Positions 49,166-62,800 of a DNA stretch of 64,000 nt are shown in pieces; within the stretch, counting starts at the first letter, position 1, and each line of letters opens with the position of its first letter. Origin of the DNA: Sphaerodactylus townsendi (Eukaryota); contig NC_059436.1 in NCBI RefSeq assembly GCF_021028975.2, positions 3,100,001 to 3,164,000 of the forward strand. Direction: 5' to 3'. The notes under the pieces are model-generated. The model worked only from the letters and a program-made list of their open reading frames with translations, made no database searches and was not told where the DNA came from. Both the position numbers and the translations under genes were made by a program.

Positions 49166-52026
49166 TTAGTTTCAAAGGATTCTGAGAAGACTTTGCATCT
49201 AAAGTGCAGTGACTTGCATAGCCATTTAAAAGTAGGCTGCTTTATCTGGATTTCAGAATGTTAATAAATCTTGAGTTTCACATTAATAAAATCAAAGTGA
49301 AAGATTCTTGCGTCCAAAGAAGACAATACTGTGAGGTTTCATTATCCTTCCAAGTTACTTAACTTCTGTGTGCCACCTGCTTTATACAGGGTTAGATAAA
49401 TGTTGAGCAAACTCAATGTTGCCTGCTCTGAGGAGCAGCAATTATCTGTCACTTCAGATCTGCTGCCTGAGATTTTTAACTGGAGGTGCTGAGAATTAAA
49501 TCTGAAATATTTTGTGTGCAAAGCCATGTGGTGAAAGTGTTTCAGCAGAATCTCGGAGATCCAGGTTCAGTTTCCTGCTCTGTCATGAACATCAATGTGG
49601 GATCTCAGGCTAGTTAATCTCAGCCTAACCTACTTCACAGGTGCCTTTGAGGATAAATCAGAGAAGGTGATAGAACCATGTTCACGGTCTGAGCTCCTTG
49701 GAGAGATGATGGAACAGAAATGTGCTCCATAAATCTGGTGCTCGGCTATATTGTTTGGATGAAGAAATTAATCATAACCCAACGTTGTATTTCTCAACAG
49801 TAGTTAATATGGCAGATGTCCTGGTCCTTTTAGAGGAGGTATATACAGAGCTATCTTGAGGCAGAAGAGGTGATTTCATATATGCTGGTCACATGGGGAT
49901 CTCTGTATAAATGCAGGGTTGGGTTTATCATCATCTCATTCTGAAGGGTATCGGGCAGAGAGGTTGTTGCAAAGACCTGGATAGTGAGGGGACAATTTCA
50001 TGAAGCATTGCATAGACCATATGCTCATTTAATTTTTAGAACAAACCCCAGGTTCAGCTGGTGAAGAATCGGTGAAAGACTCTAAAAGGCCAAGCTGCAG
50101 AGTGCTTTTCTTACATGTCCACAAGGTTCAATCTGTTCAGGGTGGCTTAAAAAAACAAACACTGAACTATTTTCTGGGCTATGATTCAGACTTCCATCAG
50201 TTTTAAGGGCATGGGAGGGGTGAGGAAACTATCATTTGAGAAGCAAACCAAGGCCTCCTTTGGACAGGCAAACGAGATGCTGATTCAATGTATGTACTAA
50301 GGTGGACAAAGGTCATGTTCACAAAAGACCGTGTCAACATGGCCTTCAGTTTTAAAAATATACCCCTGAAGAGATACCTAATTCAATTCATAGGCAATTA
50401 GAAACGGTTGAATGTGTTAAGTATTTTGAAGAAAAAGAGTATATGACAATCTGTAAATATTGAGTAGGGCTGCAAGAAGATTTTCTGGAGTGTAGTGGTT
50501 AAGAACAGGTGGACTCTAATCTGGAGAACCTCTATATGAACCCTGCTGAGCCAGTCACAGTTCTCACAGAACTCTCTCAACCCAAGCAAAGGAAGGAAAT
50601 GGCAAATCAACTCAGAACGTCTCTTGCCTTGAAAACACAGAGTCCGCTGTCACTTGACAGCACACACACAATGGTTATATTGGCACACATGCAGATACAT
50701 TAAAACAATATTAGAATGTTGTCATTTATTTGTTTACATTAAAAGGTTTTCCTATGCTGCTGGGTTTCAGAAATGTGTATACTGAGGGCTTGTTTTCATA
50801 AAGACTTTGGTATAATCAGATGTGATATACCCAACTGAGAAGCACTGGGTGTTATAAGAGGGGCAAACAACCACAGTGTAAATAGCCACTGGTGAGTAAT
50901 GATTATGTGATCTGACCCCAAGCACTTTAAGCATGTTTTCCTGTAATCTGCAGATGAGTCTCCTTAAGTGGTTAGACAGAATCCCATTGTTCTGATAAGT
51001 GAGGATTTTTTGTATGGGGGGGAGGCTTAATCCTCTAATGAAAGGTTTCTCAGAACGCAAAGCATCAACTCCAATATTTCTTCCATGGTCTGTGATTTTG
51101 CTTAGAGCTTTAACAGCACAATCCCATGCAAACACTCCAACCCAAGCCCATTGAAATGAATGGACTTAGACTGGGGGAACTCACTTTAGGATTGCACTGT
51201 GAGTATAGCCCAAGACCAATGGCATTGCCAACCACTGTCAGAGGGCAGGAAGAGCAGAGTGAACAGCTTTGGTGTTTCTCTTCGGAACTGCCACCATCTT
51301 TTTAAAAAATCCCTTTTAAATTCTTTGCATATGCATTTTTAGTATGGTTTATCCTGTACCCTGTTGCGTGCATGATCTGTATGTTCCAGCTCAATCCCCT
51401 TTCATGTTAAAAATACCAATACAGATGTAAATTCATGTACAAATAGAAGCAAATTTATAATGAGTCAGACCTTTGGTCTAGGTCAGTAATGTGTGTTATG
51501 CACAGCTGCAGCTCTTCAGGAATTATTAGAAAATCTCAGGAAGCAGGAAAGAGCTTCCCCTAACACCAGATGTCAGACGTTAAAACTGTGTTCTTCCTCC
51601 AAACCACAGTCCCACATCAGTCAAGGCAGAGCCAATCTCAATCTGCGGTTGATTTATTACATACGCATCCTGCCTGTCTTTCACCAAGGAATGCACAACA
51701 GCGTACATGGGGTTTCAGGAAGTCTGGCTCTGACTAGACCTGGACCTGCTTAGCTTCATCATGGTTGCTATATCATGTGCCTCCCAACCATGCCCTGAAG
51801 CTCAAATAAATTATAGTTCGTAACTAAAGGAGCTGAGATGGCAATTCAGAGTTTATCACCCAGAGCACATTTTCTAGATTTGTCAAAACTGGCTTTCCCT
51901 GTTCCAATGGGTCAGATGAACAGGAAATGCCTGCCATTCTCTTTAGTTAATTTCATACAATTTGGTAGGTTTGGCAAATGCACAGGTGCTGCATTTCTTG
52001 AGCACAATGGTATATATATTTTACAG

Positions 52027-52161
52027 CATAGGTGTCAAACTCGCGGCCTGCCATATGTTATGGACTACAGTTCCCATCATCCCCCGTGAGCATCATACTG
52101 GCAGGGGGTGATGGGAACTGTAGTCCATAACATCTGGAGGGCCGAAAGTTTGACACCTGTG
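52027..52161. mobile_element. Palindromic hAT MITE
   Basis: TIR cataggtgtcaaact / agtttgacacctgtg; internal hairpin ggactacagttcccatca/tgatgggaactgtagtcc; TSD ttttacag/ttttacat. Confidence 0.85.
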
Positions 52162-54625
52162 TTTTACATGAATGACTTTCCAAAGAGTGTGTTCCCTGGC
52201 ATTTACCTGGAAAGGTTGAGGCTTTTAAAGAAATAATATACAATAGCTGAGTAGGAAGAGGACCATTTGATGCAGTATTTCTGTTGTGGGCGTGTCAAAT
52301 GCAAGGGGCCTGACCTAATTGGCTGGGTTTCGTGTAGTCTGACGTGTGATATCACTTAGCTCTTGCTTATTCACCAGATTTGTTTTCAAGCCCTTATGGC
52401 TCCATATTGAAACAGGGGGGAAAGGGTTGTGTACTGAAAGAGTGCCAGAGACACATTATAACTGAGGACAGGATCACTTATGAGCAGCAGGAATGAAATT
52501 ACAAATGTATGCCTGAGATTGACAACTGGAAATTATGTACCACTGCCTTGTTGGACAGCACCGGTGTTTCCCACAAGCTTTGCTGACAAAGATGTGGAGT
52601 TCTGCTGTTATAACAGATTACAACTGCCTTACTTAAACCCAGTGTCTCTGGATTAGATCCAGACTAAATTCTCCTTTTAACAGGGGAGATTAATTGCCAT
52701 CAATTCCCGCTTCCTGTTTCAGGAATTTGACCCTTGTGCCATTCGGTGCCCTTTTTCCTTCAGGAGCAGTGTATCAAGAAGAACAATGGGCTGCCTGCAA
52801 CAGGAGACAGAAGTAATGGAATTTCTTTTCTGAGGTGAAACTGTTTTCTGTTAGTGGAAATTGTAGTCTGGATCCAACCCTATCTCTGCGTTCCACCTCA
52901 TCCAGCAGGATCAGTGGATACAAGGCTGTATCCAAACCATGAAATTTGATCCAAAGGTACCCTTCTGCTCAAACGAAGAGTCTGTGTGGACATGCAAGTC
53001 CTTCCACGAACACATAGCTCCTTTGGATTCAGCTCTATGCTTTACATCCAGCCCCGTGTTCTTAGAGAAAGTGTATAAAATACTGTTTTCTAAGAATGCT
53101 GTCTGTTTACATTGTACACTTTCTCTGATGAGACTTCAGGTAAAATGTATACTTTCCATGCAAGTATGGTAGGTAGAGGGGCAAATGGCTGGCTAAAGTC
53201 ACTCAGTGAATTTCATAGACAGGGATCTGGGCTCTGAGCTAGGTTTCCACAGGCCAAGTCCAGTGTTTTATCTACTCAAATGTCATCTCAAATGTCTCAA
53301 AAAACAATAAATGACACAATCACCCCGAGAACTTTATGACAGAGTGAGGATTTCAATCCAGGTTTCAGGCCAACTAACCACTATGCCATGCAGGGATATA
53401 TTTACAGAAAATGGTTACTGAGGAAAACTCTGCCCCCCCCACCACTTCTTGTGATCTGGATGTTATGCCTCTATTAATGCACCCCAAGATGGCATAAGCC
53501 TTTTAAAATCTCATTTTTAATCATATTGACTGCTCATATTTAACTTACCGTCCATCTGAGGCCCTTGATTTTGCTCGCAGGAGTGTATCCTCCATCCAGA
53601 GAGAAAGGGGTGAAGAGAGAGAAATGGAACAGGAGGGAAAGGAAAGAAGAGAAAAATGGGAAAGGGGGAGAACTGGGGAAGAAAGAGAAAGTGAGGTGAT
53701 TATTCCTCCCACCCCCTTGCTGCCACCAACACAAAGTCTGTAATTGTTTTTTCCCTGGCCTTGTCCTCACCCACAGTCTCCTCCCAGCCATTGCTCACCT
53801 AGAAATAAGTTAATATTAATTTTAAAGTAACCAGAGGCTTTTTTCAGTGGCGCTGCTTCAGGGGAGGGGGGCATGGACCACTTTTTCTCCCCACTCCCTA
53901 CTGCTGCCATCCCCTTCTACTCAAAGGTCTGTGGTTGATTCAAAATTAAACTTAATTTCCTTCCAGGCAAGCAGCAGCTGTGAGGACAGTAAAGGTGGGG
54001 ACAGGCCCGGAAAGAGCACCTGTCCCTGCTCCCAGTCTCCTCCCAGCTACAAGTCAATTAAACTAATTTTAAAACAACCAGAGGCTTTTTTTGCTGCTGG
54101 GGGGGGGGAAACTGGTGCCCAGGGCAAGCGCCCTCCCTTGCCCTGCCCTCATTACACCCTTGATGTCATGTTGACTCTGTTTTGGATAAAACAGTGTTGA
54201 GTGCTTTTAGGTTAAGAAACTGTTTTTCCTTTCAGTTTTGAAGCAAATGACAATTCAAGCAGAGAACTAGTTGCACAGCAGTCTTGTGCCTCCTTTACAT
54301 GCCATTATCAGATTGGGCGAGGACAAATAAGGAAAGGGAAGTAACAGGATGTTGCTAGAGAGTAAATGCATGACTTTCCTTGATTTTTCAGTGTGATGTG
54401 CCCTAAGGCCATTCATTTAAATGGAAACCCAATGAGGTATAGGTTACCCACGAAGGTGCTTTCTACTAAGTCAAACAGTAGGACTATCAAGATCTATTCA
54501 AACTGGCCGCAGTTCTCCAGGGTCTCTTTCTGGCTATTCTTTTAACAGAAGATGCCAGGGCCTGATCCTAAAATCCTCTCCATACAAAGTAGGTGCTTCA
54601 TCCCTGAGTGCAAAGTCCCATCCGG

Positions 54626-54822
54626 AGGAGAAGGAGAAGGAGAAGGAGAAGGAGAAGGAGAAGGAGAAGGAGAAGGAGGAGGAGGAGGAGGAGGAGGAGG
54701 AGGAGGAGGAGGAGTTTGGATTTATATCCCCCCTTTCTCTCCTGCAGGAGACTCAAAGGGGCTTACAATCTCCTTGACCTTCACCCCTCACAACAAACAC
54801 CCTGTGAGGTAGGTGAGGCTGT
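54626..54822 (-). mobile_element. SINE 3' part with expanded (GAAGGA)n(GGA)n microsatellite tail
   Basis: Reverse complement of the Squam3-like 3' end; purine microsatellite at 54626-54713. Confidence 0.8.
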
Positions 54823-56542
54823 GGAGCTGTGGAGCTTGTCCAAAAAGCCAGAAATCCTGGAACAGTTGTGATCTCTTGTGGATCTGGCAAACAGTCTACA
54901 TAAGTATGTTCTGAAAACATGACCTGGGTGGAGTGCTGCATTTCCATGGTGCTCTCTAAACTGAAAAAGCCTATTTGTGATGTAACGAAGGTTGGGGCTG
55001 GGAGTGAAAAAGCCAGAAACTGCCAAGGCATGCACAATCCTAGGAATGTATGCAATGCAACTCACTGAAGTGGAGACTTCCTGTCCCCAGTTGCTCTTTC
55101 CAGTTCTTTTCTAGTTTGGTATTTTTCTCAATGTAGTTTTAAAGGTTGCTTTTCCATGGACGCACACTTGAAAAACAGCCTGATTACGGTACATTTAGTT
55201 GTGGGACTTTCTTCCTGATAAATATGGATAGGATCAGGCTGTCAGTGATTTCAATGAGTTCTGGTGATAAATTATTTTCATATTAGCTTTGGCTACTATG
55301 CACCTAATTAGGTACCTTAGATGGAATTTGTGTCTTACATGGAAGGAGGAGAAGTTTTCAGGAAACCAAATCATCTCTCTCTTCCTGATGGGGAGAGCGG
55401 TTCTTTCTTTGCTGCTTTGGCAAATGATCGGGTGAAGAACATAAGGCAGTTCTGCAGCAAGGGTAGCTACAGCATTCTTGAGGGATGGTAATTATTGGCA
55501 GCATCCTTTGACCTCCTGCAGAGAGCGATGAAAATATGATTGGCAGGTCACACATACCGTAACTAATATTTAATGTAGAGAGGCAGGGAGCCCAAAACCA
55601 TAATGATGGTCCCTGGAGGACCCACTGAGAGGTTAGAAGGCTGAACTGACAGAATAATTCATGCTTCTAAAGGTGTCCTCTTTTAAGGCTGTGGGTTAGT
55701 TGTACTGGCCTGCAGTTTGGAGTGAGCATCAGCATCCCTTTCCAGAGATCAAGTCTGCAACCCAAGGATACAAAGCCCCACCTATGTGCACCAAACAGTG
55801 CCAGCCGAGGACTGGTGGTTCTCCAGCCAAGTGCCTAAGATGCTGGAACAGAGAAGGGGGGAAAAACGGCCTTGAAGGAATCCAAACCCAGTGGTCCTTG
55901 CTGAGTTACAAGCCAGAGCTGCAGGGGCTTCTCAGCTGTAGCACCAGTGGAAGTTGGCTCACCCATTGCTGCCCCCTGCAAAATGGCAGCATGGGTGGGA
56001 GAAGTGGGGAAATGATATTTATCTATTGTTTACATTTGTATCTTTATTGTTTACATTTGTATTGTTTACATATGTATTGTCTACATTTGTATCTCCAAAG
56101 ACTCAAGGTGGCTCACAACAAGCATACATAATACACATAATAGACATATAAAACATTTTAAAACATCATAAATATCATAGTTTACAAACAACAATTATAA
56201 AACTGATGACATAACAACGAAGCCTAATGAGGTAGCACAGGAAGAAATGATATTGATCCTCATCTTCCCCAAAGACTGAATCTTGGCTCTGCTGGCTTCT
56301 GGCTGGCCCAGCAGGAAATTTCCCTCTAAGTTAAATGGCAAATCTGCCCCTGGGCAATGCTACTGGGTCCAACTGGGTGGGAGACGGCAGTGGCTTGATG
56401 ACATCATCACTTTTCAGACCTGTGTAGGCACCAACTGAATCCCAGGCAAGCTGAGTCCCGGGCAATCATTGTCAGCTTGATGTGTCTGGTTGAGTCCAGC
56501 TGTTATCTTTTCTGTGCTCTCCATTGATTATCAGCATCTCAC

Positions 56543-56753
56543 TTTTTTTGCTGTCAAGTCACAGCTGGCTTATGGTTACACTGTAGGGTTTTCAAGCCAA
56601 GAGCCATTCAGAGATGGTTTGCCATTCCCTGCTTCAGTGTCACGACTCTGGTATTCCTTGGAGGTTTCCCATTCAAACACCAGCCCAAGTCAACCCTGCT
56701 TAGTTTCTGAGATCTGGTGCAATTAGGGTAGTCTGGGGCTATCCAGGTCAGAG
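56543..56753 (-). mobile_element. 5S rRNA-derived SINE with Sauria/BovB-like tail
   Basis: Minus strand gatctcagaaactaagcagggt...tgaatgggaaacctccaaggaatacc aligns to 5S rRNA internal control region; tail as at 45440-45510. Confidence 0.7.
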
Positions 56754-56790
56754 CTCTTCTCCAGTGGACAGAACCTTTTTTAACCTATGC

Positions 56791-58652
56791 CAGTGATGGC
56801 GAACCTTTTCGAGACCAAGTGCCCAAATTGCAACCCAAAACCCACTTATTTATCGCAAAATGCCAACACTGTGATTTAACCTGAATACTGAGGTTTTAGT
56901 TTAGAAAAAAATGGTTGGCTCTGAGGCGTGCGTTACTCGGGAGTAAGCTTGGTGGTAGTCAGCAGTGGTGTAACTAGGCAAACTGGAGCCCTGGGCAAAA
57001 CCTGAGTTTGATCCCCCCCCCCCCAGGCTCATGCCCAATGCAACGCGTACCCCCCCTTGTAGCTACGCCCAGTGGCGTATCTAGGCAAACTGGAGTTTGA
57101 CGCCACCCTCCCCCACTGTGACCAAACAATGATTTTTTACACCAGGTTGTTTCAAAGTCACGATCACATTATAGAACATGCCCCAACTCACAAATCTGAG
57201 CACAGCAATAAGCCATGCCACACAGCAGAAATAATTTTTTGAAAACATTTTCAAAATGCTTTCAAAATGTTTTATTACTGCTATGAAAACATTTTATGGT
57301 GTTGTATCCAGTACCCCCAATTGGGGGAAACAGCATAACTTTCAATGTTTCAAAGGAGAATCTGGGCTCCCTAGTTTAAACAAGTGATGCTGGAATCCAC
57401 CCCCAAACAGCATCATTTTCAATGGTGTTTAAATTAGGGAGCCCAGATTCTCCTTTTAAATCTACCTTAAAGGGAGAATCTGGGGTTCCCAGTTTAAACA
57501 ACATTGGAAGTGATGCTATTTTGGGGTTGATTCTCCCTCACCCTAAAGCAGCATCACTTGCAATGTTTAAACTGGGGACCTCAGATTCTCCCTTTAAATC
57601 CATGTCAAAGGCGGGGGGATTTAAAAGGAAAATCTGGGGAAATTTGGGAGGTGCCTGCTGGCAGGGGTGCAATTGTTAAGCTAGCAGCACCAAACTTTCA
57701 GGGTATCTTTAGGAGACTCCCCTAATGATACCACCCAGGTTTGGTGAAGTTTGGTTCAGGGGGTCCAAAGTTATGAACTCTCAAAGGTATAGCCCCCATC
57801 TTCTGTTAGCTCCCATTGGAAACAATGGATGATGGGGCACCCTCTTTGGGAGTCCATAGCTTTGAACCCCCTGGACCAAACTTCACAAAGCCTGGGTGGT
57901 ATCAGTAAAACATTCTCCTGATGATACCTCCCAGGTTTGGTGAAGTTTGGTTCAGGGGGTCCAAAGTTATCGACCCTCAAAGGTGTAGCCTCATCTCCTA
58001 TTAGCTCCCATTGGAAACAATGGGAGATGGGGCACCCCCTTTGGGAGTCCATAACTTTGGACTCCCTGAACCAAACCTCACCTGAACCAAACCTCCCTGA
58101 ACCAAACCTGGGTGATAGCATCAGGAGAGTCTCCCAAAACATCCCTGAAATTTTGGTGCTGCTAGTCTAAAAGCTGCGCCCTCTGTAGGCCAAAAATGGA
58201 AAAACACTGAAAATACAAAAAATCCCACAAACTGCGCCCCCCACAGGGCTGCGCCCAGGGCAACTGCCCACTTTGCCCAATGGGAGGAACGCCTCTGGTA
58301 GTCAGTGGCTTTGCTTTGAAGCAACCGTGCAACTCTTCAAACGGTTGAATCACAACCCTAGGAGGATTTACTCAGAAGCAAGCCCCATTGCCAGCAACCG
58401 AGCTTACTCCCATGTAAAGGATCATGCTTTAGTTCTTCGCATGAAAATCAGTGGGGTTTAACAGCGCTTAATAGGGTTACCTACACTGCTTCCCCAAAAC
58501 TAGGTCTTAGGTTTAATGCTAATAACCGAGCCCAGCGGCCCAGGCCAGCCTAGATGTGTGGGGGGGGGGGGGGGCGACTCTGTTTGCACGTGCCCACAGA
58601 AAGGGCTCTGTGTGCCACCTCTGGCACCCGTGTCATAGGTTTGCCACCACTG
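56791..58652. mobile_element. hAT MITE (outer element) interrupted by a nested element
   Basis: TIR cagtgatggcgaacct / aggtttgccaccactg; TSD acctatgc/acctatac. Confidence 0.85.
56963..58297. mobile_element. Nested non-autonomous hAT element with internal tandem/inverted modules
   Basis: Perfect 8-bp TSD gtagtcag (56955 and 58298); ends cagtggtgta / aacgcctctg. Confidence 0.85.
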
Positions 58653-61600
58653 ACCTATACTCTGGCCACAAGGATTGCCACTTTCTGCTATAATCCTTAG
58701 CACATATCTACATCACATCTCCCCATACCTGATGTGTCTCATTTACACAGATGTAAATTCTATGAGCAGTCTATGCTAATGGTTCTTTCAAAGGGAGGAT
58801 TGCTTGAAGCCTCTGCCTTTGCATTCCAGTTTTTGAGTTATTGTGGGCTTGAGACCAAGCCAAAGGGCAGAGGCTAGGTCTGTAGTATCATAGGGGAGGA
58901 CCATATCCCAAACCAACTGTAGAATGGACAAGATGCAGGACAGACTAGAGACAACGATCAGAGACGCAATGCAAGCTGGATTTGGCAAGAGACGTGTTCT
59001 TCAAAGGTGAGAGGAGGTCAGGCAGAAGTCTCTGGACAGAGCAAAGTTACACGTACTGACAGCAGGCTGAAGATTCAGGCAGTGACTAAGCTGCATTTAG
59101 GGAGTATGCCTACAATGAAGCATTAGTCAGGCAAAATAAGTACACAGTAAGTCAGTAAATCTTGACCTACATAATTCACTAATGTCATCACGACGAGTCC
59201 CCAACCAATGGGTGTGCAGAACTGTCCTGCATGCCCGTTGGTTGGTTGGAAATTTATTCACGTGCTGAAGTGGAGCTTTGCCACTCACTGCTCCACTGGA
59301 CCCACCCCCCAGCATCCCAGTTTTCCCCACCCCCAAAAAACAAGCTGACCTACAGGGCAGCAGTGCCTTGCCACCTGCTGCTCCACTGAGCCTGGTCCCA
59401 GCGTCCCTGTTCCCCCCTGCCCTCATCCCCCACCCAACCTTTGCTGCTAATAAATAAATAAAAGGTTTCAGATTGCACAGGAAGTATTTATATAGCCAGC
59501 AGGGGTCAGCAAGGGCCAATAATCTATCTCAAAGGTGGAGCCATGCAAAACGGTCACATTGCTGTGTCAGAATCATCTGTTGGAGCTTAGGCTCTGCCAA
59601 GAGATTTCTAGTTCAAGTCCTAGCAGGGGTAAGTAAACATCACAAAATAGGAGAGCTTTCATATGAAGCAGAAAAACATAATATATCAGAGAGCTGATGT
59701 AGTCTGAAACCAAGGAGGGTGTTAATTAGTAGTAAGGACATGACTTTGGGTTGGCAGAAAAACAATACACTAGGGCTGTTATCCAATTAGAGAAATCATA
59801 ATTCATTATCTGTATAATTTTTATTTCCTCTATTATACCTATATGAATTTTCATATGAGGAAAAAAATAGTTCTACAGAAAAATGCATACTATATTTATA
59901 GATGATGCATACAGTATACTAGGAATGGCCTTGGAGGAGACATTCCCTGTTCTCTTTCACAAAGGAGGGGATGCTTCTACTAAGGCAGTGCTTGCTGTCT
60001 GCAGCTTTTGCTTGGATTTTTTTCTTTTTTGGAGTGGTTTTGTGGTTAGAGTGTCACACTATAATGTGGAGATGCAGGTTCAAATCCTCCCTTTGCCATG
60101 GAAACTTGCTTGATGATCTTGAACCAGTCACACATTCTCGGGTTCACCCTGTCCCACGTGGACCTACTTATACCCTCCAGTCATTTCCAGAGGCCCTGCT
60201 TCCATTGCCTCCAAACAGCTTTCTTGGTTGGAACACCAAAACTTTGGAACCTTTCCTAGGAAGATTCATCTGTCTCCCTCGATTTGTGCCTGTTGTCAGC
60301 ATGTGAAGACTTTTCACTTTTGTCTAGTATATCTCCAGTCCTGAGCAAGGCTCTTGATAGAACATTTTGGAAAACATTAGTTCATAAGCTCTCCAAAAGT
60401 CAGAACTGACTTGACAGCATTTAACACACATGTGCTTTGAAAAGTAAGCTCTGAATGGCCCTTATTTAAACTGGAGATTATAGGAATGCTGCTGAGAGCC
60501 CAACAAGTCAAGATTGTGCACATCTACAATAGGGTTAGTGCATTATTTACACAACTATTCCCCTTGTTAAAAATTTCTAAATAGATGTGAGTGCTGGGAG
60601 GGATTTGACTGTGACCACGGCAGCCCTGGATGGGAGGGAAGTCTCTTCCGCAATATAATCCGTCTTGTGCAGGTTCTGTTTGACCCCTTGTTAAAATGTA
60701 TGGTTTTCTTATTGAGTGAACAGCATTTATAGTGTGGGATGAATTCAGCCTTCCTTTTTCTCTTCCCAATTCAAGTCATATACCCTGTGGCTGCTGTTTA
60801 GATCTGTGAGAGATCTGGTCATCAATCTCTAAGGTCTTGTATGGTTCACTAGCAGTAAAATCATCAAGAATCTGGCACCCTGTTTGTTCCTGCAAATGGT
60901 AAGATGCCAGTGCAGTGTGAGACATAAGTGGGGCAAGATTTTTTGTTGCTCCATACCACTTTTACCACTGCTGCCCAGCTTGCATCTGGCTGGCCATGGT
61001 TTGAGCCTAGCAAGGGATACCAGTCACCTTCCATGCCCAGGATGGTGGGGAACAAGTTGAACTGTTGGGTGGCGTCATTATTATCAGTTGGGCGGCTGGG
61101 CCAGAGAACTAGTCTTTGAGTGGTGAGGAGGGCATCTTCTCTAGTACTTAGCCCAAATGGATTGGATTCAGATGAGAATTAAAAAAAATTGAACTTGACT
61201 CAAGGCAACTAGTGCGTAGGACAACGGCAAGCCAGCACTTCGGGTGTGGGCAATTGATTAATTCTCATTATATTAATGAGCATATTAAGTCAGGTTCAGT
61301 GCACTAAAACCTCATTAAGCAGGGCAATCAGGGACAGCTAACAGTGCTCTAATTCAACGGGTTTTTGTCAGGGACCTCAGCGTAGGTGCCTCAGACAGAC
61401 AGTCTCTAGTCACCTGATCTGGGCAGCATATAGCTCTGCAGGACCTGGCATCTTGGATGTTCTTTGCTCATTGTGACCTGACCCTGACCCTGCCAGAATT
61501 AAGCCCTCGTTGTTTTCTGCATATGCAGTGCAGGGTCTACCCTGACTCCATTAGTGCATTATTCAGGCAATTATTCAATGCCAAGAGACTGGTTGGTTAG

Positions 61601-61907
61601 TTCTCCCAATGGGCCTGCAATCAAAAGTTCTTACAACCTGGCCGGCTTTTAATCCAGACATCAACCAAATCACCTGACAAGGTTAGAGCGTTATCAGGCA
61701 GGGAGATGGGAATGCGTAACCCCCTACATGCACAAATAGGCGGCCCCCACCTACGGTGATGCAAACTCTTGGCATGAAGTGAAAGGCAGGTCCTTATGAG
61801 TAGTGGCAGGATTCTACTTCATGCAGTCCAAAGGAGAAGGTTAGTGGGTTCAAGCCCTCTCAAGGACAAACCCACATTGATTTCCTTCCTTTCTGATCTT
61901 CATGGGT

Positions 61908-62115
61908 TAGGGTTGCCAGGTAGAGTTGCCAGATCCAGATTGGGAAACTCTTGGAGATTTGGCAATGGAGCCTGAGGGACCTCGGTGGGGTGCAATGCCA
62001 TGGAGCGCACCCTCCAAAACATCAGTTTTTCCCCCAAGGAAAGTTATCTCTGTAGTCTGGGGAGTAGCTGTAATTCCAGGGATCTCCAGATCCCACCTGG
62101 AACCTGGCACCCCTA
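61908..62115. mobile_element. hAT-type MITE (tagggttgcca ends)
   Basis: TIR tagggttgccagg / cctggcaccccta; TSD tcatgggt/tcatggat. Confidence 0.75.
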
Positions 62116-62480
62116 TCATGGATGGGTAGTGGTGGTGGATCTCTACAGTAAGATCTCTTTTTTGGCATCAGACAAGAGATGTGTGCATGTCCTGAAATCC
62201 TTTCTTTTGAACCTTTGCACGTACAAGACAATTTGGGAAAAAAATAATTTGGCAATTGGCAATGTATGACTCAATTCAAACACAACCCCCATCATTATTA
62301 CTGATGCCACCTTGTGGCCATAGGGTGATGCCAAAAAGAGCAAGGTTCTCATTCTGAACTGCAAAGAATCATGGGATAGCATCTAGGTGGTGAGAGACCC
62401 ATGCGGGCAGGCACTCTAGTGAAGATGCTTGCTGGAAAAGTTACAGGTATAGAATAAATAATGGGAGGGGGAGGTACTAT

Positions 62481-62800
62481 GCAGTGGTGTAGTGGTTAAG
62501 AGCAGGTACACTCTAATCTGCAGAACCAGGTTTGATCCCCTGCTCTGCCACTTGAGCTGTGGAGGCTTATCTGGGGAACTAGATTAGCCTGTGCCCTCCA
62601 ACACACACCAGCTGGGTGACCTTGGGCAAGTCACAGCTCTTTGGAGCTCTCTCAGCCCCACCCACCTCACAGGGTGTTTGTTAGGGTGGGAAGGGAAAGG
62701 AGATTGTAAGCGCCTTTGAGTCTCCTTATGGAAGAAAAATGGGGAGGGGTATATAAATCCAAACTCCTCCTCCTCCTCCTCCTCCTCCTCCTTTTTCTTC
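62481..62800 (+). mobile_element. tRNA-derived SINE (Squam3-like) with (CTC)n tail
   Basis: Homologous to 11041-11340. Confidence 0.85.

Noticed and set aside
48597-49264. Overlapping ORFs up to 215 aa
   Set aside because: They lie in a GC-rich MITE where stop codons are scarce; no recognisable protein motif.
54552-54871. Poly-Arg and poly-Gly/Glu ORFs
   Set aside because: Translation of a SINE-tail microsatellite.
56543-56753. Possible 5S rRNA gene
   Set aside because: Diverged, partial and fused to a SINE tail.
57350-58140. CRISPR-like repeat array
   Set aside because: Eukaryotic transposon-internal repeats without unique spacers or cas genes.
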